Shown: positions 38,701 to 45,655 of the stretch, piece after piece | How the letters are laid out: every line of letters starts with the position of its first letter | Numbering within the stretch: position 1 is the first letter of the stretch | NCBI GenBank assembly: GCA_963730185.1 | Contig: CAVSQW010000009.1 | Location: 288,001-352,000, forward strand | Direction: 5' to 3' | DNA length: 64,000 nt | DNA from: an uncultured Gemmatimonadales bacterium | Lineage (GTDB): Bacteria > Gemmatimonadota > Gemmatimonadetes > Gemmatimonadales > GWC2-71-9 | Notes under the pieces: model-generated | The model's database searches: none | Seen by the model: only the letters and a program-made list of their open reading frames with translations | Told to the model about the DNA's origin: nothing | Position numbers and translations under genes: made by a program

Positions 38701-39320
38701 CGGTAGGGCGAGGCGTCGACCGGCACGTACTGGTCGAAGACCCGGTCCACCCGGTCGGCCGGGATGCCGATGCCGGTGTCTTCCACTGAGAACCGGACGA
38801 CCGGCACGCCGTCGATCTCACCGTCGGGGCTGACCCGGACCACCACTTCGCCCTGGCTCGTGGTGTTGAGCGCGTGCCCGACCAGGTTGGCCAGGACCTG
38901 CCGGGTCCGGCCGGGATCGCCCACCACATGACGGCCGATCTCGGGACGCCAGTCCACTCGCAGGGCGAGATTCCGCTCCTCGGCACGGGGACTCAGCACC
39001 TTGGCGGTCTCCTCCACCATCGACCGGAGGTCGAACGCTATCGGCTCGATCGGGAGCCCTCCGGCCAGGAGGCGCGACAGGTCGAGCAGGTCGGCCAGGA
39101 TGGTCGAGAGGCTCTCGCCGGCCGAGTGGATACTCCGGACGTATTGGCGCTGGCGGCTGGAGAGCTCGCCGTCGAGCAGGAGGCCGGACATGCCGATGAC
39201 CGCGTTGAGCGGTGCCCGGAGCTCGTGGCCCATCGCCAGCACGTAGTCGCTGATGCCGGGGCGTTCGTCGGTCGGCGTCGCCGGGACGAAATCGGTGGTC
39301 GGTCGAGGTGCGTCGGTCAT
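35718..39320 (-). CDS. Soluble hybrid histidine-kinase-like protein: HisKA-HATPase, two degenerate receivers, long acidic linker, two His-less Hpt-like domains
   Basis: H-box GHELRAPLNAVIG, G1 EDTGIGI, G2 TGLGL; REC remnant AGFAAYLRKPV; Hpt-like QSLKAMGGLLGA and QTLKGMCGLIGA; start at MTDAPRP. Confidence 0.88.
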   Translation of the reverse strand: MTDAPRPTTDFVPATPTDERPGISDYVLAMGHELRAPLNAVIGMSGLLLDGELSSRQRQYVRSIHSAGESLSTILADLLDLSRLLAGGLPIEPIAFDLRSMVEETAKVLSPRAEERNLALRVDWRPEIGRHVVGDPGRTRQVLANLVGHALNTTSQGEVVVRVSPDGEIDGVPVVRFSVEDTGIGIPADRVDRVFDQYVPVDASPYRSFGITGLGLRISAELVCSMNGEIGVTSEVDKGSRFWFRLPMPVAAAAQDRRLEPTTGTKGGRMLIVEADHASRRRLSDQLAEAGWSAAFADDLAVVYDQLLEEAAGSSPFTACLLSDYAVRPVHAEMATRIKANETLASVALVILTAVGSPGEGKRLWHAGFAAYLRKPVPTDELHDALDALAQVSENGRGPSLITRHSLAEVRNSAPADFEGIDEMLASLTAPETASALLIGATPAQQLDVTEALALAGLAVEMTATPESALERLDRSSPAIVFVAGDAEWEPETFGRLRQGLGASGDRRPIVAFAADPERKAALLAIGVDEVLLAPVGRSDLDRVVRRWTERTNDPTGDATPTGQLLVESEPVAIEPASDAAPGHGAAVDALVDETDAVADLDTDVISVEETEAAVDLEVEAAVPESLTPAELVIDQDPETATPTQLRIGLELETVASSERALEEAPEAMAPTELAIDAGSESEEPAELGIDLATATPAGIETVVEPADQTPLDLGLEVGPGVGFEASAPAEVEDSDPPLSLDRVETVEANQLEIEPTPGFEGADFSTPEDLKAIEGFVANGPGLDLADDADLDSVEVAPPGAGLAPEENAGVAETPVLPPALEIEPPNGLIRPPEIGPQTPSGLSGGSNPTSASLVVQPGDDLELARSEPVALLAPPAEPTPSAAETSAEPAAEPPVAEGKPVAKAGSEALAAEETTDRPEVDYEVGTMSIVLPPTDPTEPSIRTPARGTVVTLDERPAERLPVVGEAIVEQLASGSGIFAQQVVGSFLRDAPQRISELATAASRRDVGWMTQALQSLKAMGGLLGAAQLVDDCFTVEADVERGDLETAASRLGELEHAFLEVRAALEKAAPPGAAAPSELPPASASFLDQLRPDRDPSSRALAEQLANTFRTEAPLRLSELKDAVIAEEAEKTQRLAQTLKGMCGLIGADAMAKLCALVEADARLRRVGQARRYLDQLLLELERVRDALSHAGSADPVG

Positions 39321-39340
39321 CGGAGATTCCCTCGAGGGCG

Positions 39341-42325
39341 TTAGGCGTTCATCCGGGCGTGCAGCAGCTCCTCGAGGACCTGGTGCGCCCGCTCGAATTC
39401 GGCACGGAGTTGGGCGACGGCGGCGGCAAGGTCGGTCGCCCCGCTCATCGCGTCGCAGCGTTCGGCCATCGGCGCCGCGCCCACCAGGGCACACATCCCC
39501 TTGAGCTCGGCGGCCGCGGCCGTCAGGGTGGCTCGATCGCCGCCCCGGGCAGCTCGCTCCATGGTCTCGAGCCGCACCGGCGTCTCGGCCAGGAAGAGCG
39601 ATACCAATTGGGTTCCGAGGCCCGCCCCGTCGCTCGCCAGTGAAGCTCGGAGCTGCGCCAGAGTGGCCTGGTCGATCGGCGGCCGGGTCGAGACGGGAGC
39701 GGGCCGGTTCGGCACGTACGGCTCGAGCAGGCCCTGGAGGCGGGCGAACTCGGTCTCGAGCTCCCCCAGCCGGTCGCGGGCCGTGGGCTCGTCGCCGACC
39801 AGCGCCGCGGCCTCGAGCCGATCGCAGCCCTCGGCCAGGGCCGTGGCGCCGATCAGGACGGCCATCCCCTCGAGACTCTGGGCCGCGCCGGCGGCGCCGG
39901 CCGGGTCCTGGGCGTCGAGCGACCCACGGAGCTCGCGGAGCCGGCTCGGCCCGTCCTTGAGGAACACGGTCGCCATCTGGAGCGCCAACGGATTCTCGGG
40001 GTTGGCCCGGAGGTGGTCGACGATCGTCGGCGCGGCCGGCGGCGGATGGTGGCCGTTGGTGGTCAGGGTCGGGGCGTCGAAGTCGATCACCACCGTCTCG
40101 TCGGCGACCAGCTCGAACTTGGCCGGCTCGGCCGGGGTCCCCGCGGTGGCCGCCGGTGCGGCCACCGGCGGCTCGGGCGGCCAGAAGGTGGCGTTTGCGT
40201 CGGCGCCGTAGTCGGGCGCGGCGGTGGCCTCGTACTTGACCGCGACCTCGGGCAGCGGAAGCGTGATCCAGACCCGGGTCGCATCGTCGGCCCCGGTCTC
40301 GATTCCGGCCGAGCCGCCGAGGGTTCGGGCCACCTCGCGGACCACCCGGAGGCCGAGGACGGCATCGTCACGCACGGCATCGCCCTCGGTGCCAAGTAGC
40401 TCCATGGCGCGGATCCGATCGGCGTCGGCGAGCGGCTCACCCCGGTTTTCCACCACCAGCCTGATCCGGCCGGCCTGACCGGTCGGACCGCCTTGGTCGG
40501 CCCGTTCGGCCGTGAGAGCCACCCGACCTCGCCGGGCCGCGCGGACGGCGTTGTCACGGAGATGGACCAGGGCCCGGCGGATGAGGGCCCGGTCACCGTC
40601 CACCCGGACGGCCACGTTCGGCGCCACGGCCACTTCCACCTGAACTGGGGCCTCGCCCGCCACTTCCTGCAGTAGATCGAGCAGATCGAACGGAGCGGGA
40701 TGCGTCTCGAGCATGCCCGCCAGGCTCCGGCCGATCAGCTCGACGTCGTCGCGCCAAAGGGAGTCCTCATCCCGGGCGGCCCGCCCGGCCACGGCCGCCA
40801 GGAACCGGCCCATCCCGGCCCGCTCGGCCTGCTGCTCGGCCTGGGCGGCCCGGACCGTCTCGGCGGCCCGGCGTTCGGCGCTCAGGTCGATCAACCGGCC
40901 CAGGAACCGGACCGGGCTCCCGGCGTGGTCGGTGAGCACCTCGGCCTCGAGGCGATACCAGCTCCAGGCACCATCGGCCCGATGGAGACGAAGGTCCCGC
41001 GTGAAGGCCGTCCCCGTCCCGGAGCTCCCCTGAAGCGCTGCCAGCACCGCGTCGCGCTCGTCGGGGTGCAGGATCTCGAGCAGGCTCTCCTGCTCGTCCG
41101 GGAAGGCCGCCTCCTCGTAGCCGAGGAGGAGACGGAACCGGCGGCTGAAGGTCCACTCCCCCGAGTTGAGATCCTGCTCCCAGATCCCGTCGCGCACCGC
41201 GTCGAACGCCCGGTCGAACCGTTCCTGGGTGGCCCGCACCGTTCCGACCAGTCGGTTCACGGCTCCCACCGCGTCGTTCCACTCGGGAACCGGCGAGAGT
41301 GAGGGCAGTGGCGAGGGCAGCTCACCGTCATGGACCGGCTTGAGGGCCGAGGCCAGCCGCTCGACCGGGGACACGATCCAGCGGCGCCCGAGCGAGATGC
41401 CGGCGAACGCCAGCCCGGCGATGCCGACGAATGAAGCCACCAAGAGGAACAGCAGGTGCCGCTGAGCGCGCTGGAACGGCGCCCGGCCGGCCACGATGTC
41501 GGCCCGGGTGTTCTGGACGGCGAAAATGTCGCCCAGCGTGAAGCGGACCCGAACGCTGTCGCCTCCGGCCACCGATTCCACCTCGGTCGGGAAGGCGGTG
41601 CGGGCGGCGTCGATGCCGGTGAGCGTGAGGTTGTTCGCGACATCGCCTGGTCCTAGGCCGAGGAGCGACAGGCGGAAGGGCTGGGCGGCCAGGACGTAGC
41701 CCTCGATCGGCCGACTCGGATCGCGGTCCCGCGGCAAGATGGGGGCGCCCGTCACCCAGTAGAGCCGCTCGCCCTGGCGCACCAGGCCCGCGGTCGCTTC
41801 CCGGTTGTCGAGCATCCGGAAGATCGCGTTGGTGACCGCCGACTGCTCGAGCTGCTCGGCGGCGACGTCGTTCCAGCGATAGAGGTGATGACCGCTCAGG
41901 TCGTAGATCGACACGAAGCGATCGCCGAAGAGGCGCGGGAACCAATCGGCGAACGGGGGCTGGTAGCCGGAGTCGGGCTTGGTGGTGAGATGGTCGATGG
42001 CCTGATAGAGGCCGTCGGAGAACGCCACGTCGGCAAGGCGGGCCTTGTCGCGGCCGATCAGCCGGTCGACCCGGTTGCGGACGTCGCCGGCCAGCCGGGC
42101 ATATTCGGACCGCTCGAGGTCGGTAATCGCGCTCGAGGCCCGCCAGTACACCAGGCTCGACAACGCCGCGAGGATCAGCGCGATCGCGACCACGACGGTC
42201 ACGACCATGCCGCGCATGTCCTTGGGGCGCAACCAGGAGGCGCCCCGTCGCCGCCGGCGGCGGCGGGCCGCCTTCGACCGCGGACGACTCGGTCGGTCCT
42301 TGCTCTCACTACCAACGGACGACAT
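39341..42325 (-). CDS. Membrane sensor pseudokinase: TM, periplasmic (CHASE4-like) domain, TM, HAMP, PAS, degenerate HisKA/HATPase, two His-less Hpt-like domains
   Basis: Two TM segments; HAMP SPVERLA; PAS DGIWEQD...LHPDER...HRADGAWSW...IDLS; HATPase remnant HLRDNAV...LGL.VVREVA..LGG; Hpt-like QSLEGMAVLIGA and AELKGMCALVGA. Confidence 0.85.
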   Translation of the reverse strand: MSSVGSESKDRPSRPRSKAARRRRRRRGASWLRPKDMRGMVVTVVVAIALILAALSSLVYWRASSAITDLERSEYARLAGDVRNRVDRLIGRDKARLADVAFSDGLYQAIDHLTTKPDSGYQPPFADWFPRLFGDRFVSIYDLSGHHLYRWNDVAAEQLEQSAVTNAIFRMLDNREATAGLVRQGERLYWVTGAPILPRDRDPSRPIEGYVLAAQPFRLSLLGLGPGDVANNLTLTGIDAARTAFPTEVESVAGGDSVRVRFTLGDIFAVQNTRADIVAGRAPFQRAQRHLLFLLVASFVGIAGLAFAGISLGRRWIVSPVERLASALKPVHDGELPSPLPSLSPVPEWNDAVGAVNRLVGTVRATQERFDRAFDAVRDGIWEQDLNSGEWTFSRRFRLLLGYEEAAFPDEQESLLEILHPDERDAVLAALQGSSGTGTAFTRDLRLHRADGAWSWYRLEAEVLTDHAGSPVRFLGRLIDLSAERRAAETVRAAQAEQQAERAGMGRFLAAVAGRAARDEDSLWRDDVELIGRSLAGMLETHPAPFDLLDLLQEVAGEAPVQVEVAVAPNVAVRVDGDRALIRRALVHLRDNAVRAARRGRVALTAERADQGGPTGQAGRIRLVVENRGEPLADADRIRAMELLGTEGDAVRDDAVLGLRVVREVARTLGGSAGIETGADDATRVWITLPLPEVAVKYEATAAPDYGADANATFWPPEPPVAAPAATAGTPAEPAKFELVADETVVIDFDAPTLTTNGHHPPPAAPTIVDHLRANPENPLALQMATVFLKDGPSRLRELRGSLDAQDPAGAAGAAQSLEGMAVLIGATALAEGCDRLEAAALVGDEPTARDRLGELETEFARLQGLLEPYVPNRPAPVSTRPPIDQATLAQLRASLASDGAGLGTQLVSLFLAETPVRLETMERAARGGDRATLTAAAAELKGMCALVGAAPMAERCDAMSGATDLAAAVAQLRAEFERAHQVLEELLHARMNA

Positions 42326-42696
42326 CGAGCACTCCCTGTTCGCTGAGCTGCGGGGTAACCCGAGTCGTCTATTGCATAAGTTGGGCTCCTCTGGCTGCAG
42401 CTTTTTGCGGGAGGGAGGTCAAGGTCTGATCGCCGTCGGTAAGCGCAGTTTCGTGCACTAGTAGTATGCTATGATACCTTGTTGTGAAACAAATCGAGCC
42501 AAGATGCCGCAATCGGCTTTTTCACAATGTCTTAGCGATTGTCACCGAGACTGATATGTGTCGGCTGTTGTCATCGATGTGACCGACAATCAGTCAGAAA
42601 TCCACCTCCGGATCATCGATCGGATCGAACCGCGGCGTCAACGGCGGCGACGCCATGGTTCGGCGCCGCTCTTGGATTTTGCGGGGGCCGGGCCGG
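42326..42696 (-). promoter_or_regulatory. Long, relatively AT-rich upstream region of the signalling operon, with inverted repeats
   Basis: Largest and least GC-rich intergenic stretch in the window; IR TTGTGAAA (42482) / TTTCACAA (42520); nested IR GACTGAT..TGTCGG / CCGACA-ATCAGTC (42549-42595). Confidence 0.55.
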
Positions 42697-43491
42697 CTAG
42701 CGGCCGAGGGCGGTGACCGGGAGGCGGACCAGGGTCTGCTCCCAACGGAGGACCAGGGCGACCGGCCGGCTCGTTCGGTCGACGTCGATGGTGAAACGCT
42801 CGGTGTAGTCGGGTGCCGCCCGGCTCGGGACGATGGCGCGCCCGATTTCCTGCCTGGCGACTTCGGGGGTGTACTCGGACTCGATGCCCCACTGGCTGGT
42901 GGAGCGGTTCAGAATGATCTCCCAGCTCTCGGGGCCGGGAATGGTGTAGAGCGCTGCCTTCCCGTCCTCGATCGGGATGCCGGCAACGGCGATCGGCTTC
43001 GCGGTGCGGATCGTGGTCGGCTCGTTGGCGCCGGTCCGCCAGAGGCGACCGAAGGGCACGTGGGTTCCGCCGATCATCTTCCGCCCGCGGGCCGCCGGGC
43101 GGCCGTAGCAGACTTTGACCGGCGCGCCGTCGACCTCGAACGAGACCGAGGCGGGTGGACTCGACCGGAGGAGCCAGGAGGGGAGCCAGCCCCAGTTGCG
43201 CCGGCAGGGGAGGGTGGTGCCGCGGGCGCCGGACCAATCGCGGCCGGTGGCGACGAAGCTCGCCGCGGCGAGGGCGACGGTCAGGGCTACGGCGGGCATC
43301 CAGCCGATCCAGCTGGCCACCACCCGGACGGCGAGCGCGACCAGCAGGCCGAGCAGGACAAGCCACGCGATCGAGACGAAGAACAGCGTGCTCGGCGGGA
43401 GGTCGGGCGCGACCTGCAGGCCCCCGACCAGGAGCGCCCCGCCCAGCACCACGCCGGCGATCGTCAGCGGCCGGCGTGAGCGGGTCACCAT
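42697..43491 (-). CDS. DUF2911-domain protein with N-terminal membrane segments
   Basis: YGRP.ARGR, VPFGRLWRTGANEPT, LYTIPG..SWEIILN, ERFTI, L.WE.T; three N-terminal hydrophobic helices. Confidence 0.8.
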   Translation of the reverse strand: MVTRSRRPLTIAGVVLGGALLVGGLQVAPDLPPSTLFFVSIAWLVLLGLLVALAVRVVASWIGWMPAVALTVALAAASFVATGRDWSGARGTTLPCRRNWGWLPSWLLRSSPPASVSFEVDGAPVKVCYGRPAARGRKMIGGTHVPFGRLWRTGANEPTTIRTAKPIAVAGIPIEDGKAALYTIPGPESWEIILNRSTSQWGIESEYTPEVARQEIGRAIVPSRAAPDYTERFTIDVDRTSRPVALVLRWEQTLVRLPVTALGR

Positions 43492-44021
43492 CCTTCCCGC
43501 CGGGCCAGCGCGGTGATGTGAGCGACGTGGTGGGCGCCGTGCCAGGCGTACAGGGCCACCAGCCGTTCCAGGGTCATCGGCGCGGGGTGCTCGGGATGGA
43601 TCAGGGCGCGTTGGTAGTCGTCGGGCGCCAGCGATTCGAGCACCCGGATCCAGCGCCGGTGCAAGAGCTCGAGGAGCTCGAGTGACTCGGCGATCGGGGC
43701 TCGGTAGTCGGGGAGTTCCGCCCAGCGGGCCTCGTCGTACGGCCGGATGGTGGGCGTCGACTCGGTCAGCGCGAGCTTGGTGCGGACGTAGGCGTTGGCG
43801 TGGCTGTCGAACAGGTGGTGGGTCACCTCGCGGACCGTCCAGCCGCCGGGGCGGTACGGTGTGTCGAGCTGGCGGTCGTCGAGGTTCCGGGTGGCCGCCC
43901 TGAGGCGGCTGGGCGCCGCGGCGATCTCCTCGAGCCAGCGTCCCCGGATCTCGAGGGTAACGGTAGCTGGGAAGGTGAACCGGCCGATCGGGTACCGAAG
44001 GTCGGGCACGGTTTCGGTCAT
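43485..44021 (-). CDS. YfiT/BstA-family (DinB superfamily) thiol S-transferase
   Basis: DLRYPIGRF, LDTPYRPGGWTVREV.HHL.DSH, PTIRPYDEA.WAEL.D, LYAWHG.HH.AHI; start at MTETVP. Confidence 0.9.
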   Translation of the reverse strand: MTETVPDLRYPIGRFTFPATVTLEIRGRWLEEIAAAPSRLRAATRNLDDRQLDTPYRPGGWTVREVTHHLFDSHANAYVRTKLALTESTPTIRPYDEARWAELPDYRAPIAESLELLELLHRRWIRVLESLAPDDYQRALIHPEHPAPMTLERLVALYAWHGAHHVAHITALARREGW

Positions 44022-44038
44022 GACGCCTCGGCTCTCGG

Positions 44039-44443
44039 TCAGTGCAGGTTGCTTTGGATCATCATCTGCCGAGCGCGACGGAAGGCCACGATCCCGAGCA
44101 CCATACCGGCCAGTTCGACGAGAAGAAATCCGACGAACATCCGGCCGGTGATCCCGCGGCTCATCATCCCGAACAGCCGCCCGGCGGCGAGTCCTCCGAA
44201 CACGGAGATCTGAACCGCCAGGGCGCTCCGAACCCACCGGGCCTGGCTCGAGCAGACGAGGAAGGCCACCCCGAGACCGATCTCGAGGCCACCGTACATG
44301 GCGCCGATCTCGACCAGCATGTGGTTTGGCGGGCTGGTGACGTTGAAGAGCTGAAAGAGGCCGTCGGGAAAGAGCAGGAAGTAGGCGCCGAGCGCCAGGA
44401 ATCCGATTCCGCTCAGGAGGAGCGACAGACGGGGTAAGCTCAT
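44039..44443 (-). CDS. Small four-helix membrane protein (DUF4345-like)
   Basis: EIGAMYGGLEIGLG and GLAAGRLFG motifs; four hydrophobic segments; start at MSLPRL. Confidence 0.72.
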   Translation of the reverse strand: MSLPRLSLLLSGIGFLALGAYFLLFPDGLFQLFNVTSPPNHMLVEIGAMYGGLEIGLGVAFLVCSSQARWVRSALAVQISVFGGLAAGRLFGMMSRGITGRMFVGFLLVELAGMVLGIVAFRRARQMMIQSNLH

Positions 44444-45069
44444 GGGCGTGTCGTCCGAGGTGGCAGCTCGCCGGCGGCCCCGCCGGCCGGCTTGCCTGGC
44501 ACGGAGAGCAGCACGGCGCCATCTCCCAGGGAGATAACGCCGTCGGCCGGGACTTCGACGTAGAGATCGCGACCACTCTTGGTGAGGGCCGGGTATTGCC
44601 GGCCCACCTGGGCCATCATCTGGGCGAGGAACAGCTCGGGAAACCGGATCCCGTTGACCTCGAGGCGCCGGAGCCAGAATCGAGCGACCCGCGGTCCGGT
44701 GCGCTGGAGGACCACGTTGGCCACGATGGGGGTGGACGGAGCGACCATGTTTGCCAAGGGGCCGAGCAGCTGTCGGGCCTCCGGGGGCAGGTCGTCGAGT
44801 CGGCCGCGCACATCGATCCCCGAGGAATCGACGGCCACCTCGATGCCCAGCGTGTCGGGGATCGGGCCGGTGCCGAGACGAGCCAACAGGTAGGACGCCC
44901 AATCGCCTCCGCTGATCTGCCCCTGGGGCAGCTGGCGGTCCACGAAGACCGAATCGACCATCGCCGAGGCACGGACGACCCCGGCGTTGGAGAGCGTCCC
45001 GGGGGCGTGGTCCTGGGCCGACAGGGGCAGCACGACGAGGCCGACAAGCAGGAGAGTACGCCCGATCAT
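44440..45069 (-). CDS. Hypothetical exported protein
   Basis: Signal peptide MIGRTLLLVGLVVLPLSAQ; ATGA-coupled to lspA upstream and to the next gene downstream. Confidence 0.75.
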   Translation of the reverse strand: MIGRTLLLVGLVVLPLSAQDHAPGTLSNAGVVRASAMVDSVFVDRQLPQGQISGGDWASYLLARLGTGPIPDTLGIEVAVDSSGIDVRGRLDDLPPEARQLLGPLANMVAPSTPIVANVVLQRTGPRVARFWLRRLEVNGIRFPELFLAQMMAQVGRQYPALTKSGRDLYVEVPADGVISLGDGAVLLSVPGKPAGGAAGELPPRTTRP

Positions 45070-45572
45070 GACGACGGTTCCGGTGGCGGCTCCGCCGTCG
45101 GCGGGCTCCGGGTCAGGTACCACGCCAGCAGAACGGCGCCGATCGACACGCCGACGTCGGCCAGATTGAAGATCCAGAACCGCGACTGGCCGAGGCCCAC
45201 GTCGATGAAATCGACCACCCCGCGGGCCGAGCGGAGCCGGTCGGCCAGGTTGCCCAGCGCGCCGCCGATGACCAGGGCCAGAGCGACCACGAACCCGGTG
45301 GCCCGGCCGTCGGCCCGGAGATAGAGGCGGCCCAGGATCAGCACGGCCGCCAGCGCCGTGAGGCTGAAGATCACCCGCGAATAGGGCCCGGCCGAGACGC
45401 TCAGCGCGGCGCCGGGATTGTACGACAGGGTAAACCGGAGGTAGTCGCCCACCACCGGCTCGGGGATCGAGGGCGTCAAATGCCGCTCGGCCAGCTCCTT
45501 GGTGGCGCAATCCGCCAACAGCAGCGTGACCGTGAGGGGCCAGAACAGGCGGGCCTTCGGGGCGCGGAACAT
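45066..45572 (-). CDS. lspA: Lipoprotein signal peptidase (signal peptidase II)
   Basis: D.ATK, YNPGAA, GGALGNLADR, VVDFI, IFNLAD with both catalytic Asp residues. Confidence 0.93.
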   Translation of the reverse strand: MFRAPKARLFWPLTVTLLLADCATKELAERHLTPSIPEPVVGDYLRFTLSYNPGAALSVSAGPYSRVIFSLTALAAVLILGRLYLRADGRATGFVVALALVIGGALGNLADRLRSARGVVDFIDVGLGQSRFWIFNLADVGVSIGAVLLAWYLTRSPPTAEPPPEPSS

Positions 45573-45598
45573 CTGAGAGAATCTGATGACAATGGCCT

Positions 45599-45637
45599 AA
45601 AAAAGGGAAGCCGTCCGGTCCGGTGGGACCGGACGGC
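45599..45637 (-). terminator. Rho-independent terminator after the amidase gene
   Basis: 12-bp perfect stem GCCGTCCGGTCC / GGACCGGACGGC (45610-45637), followed on the minus strand by TTCCCTTTTTT. Confidence 0.75.
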
Positions 45638-45655
45638 CAGGCCGGAGGCGGTCCC

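Noticed and set aside
42345..42365. GCGGGGTAACCCGA resembling the 3' end of a c-di-GMP-I riboswitch
   Set aside because: It is on the opposite strand to the downstream operon, and the upstream GGCAAA / GAAA-tetraloop elements are absent.
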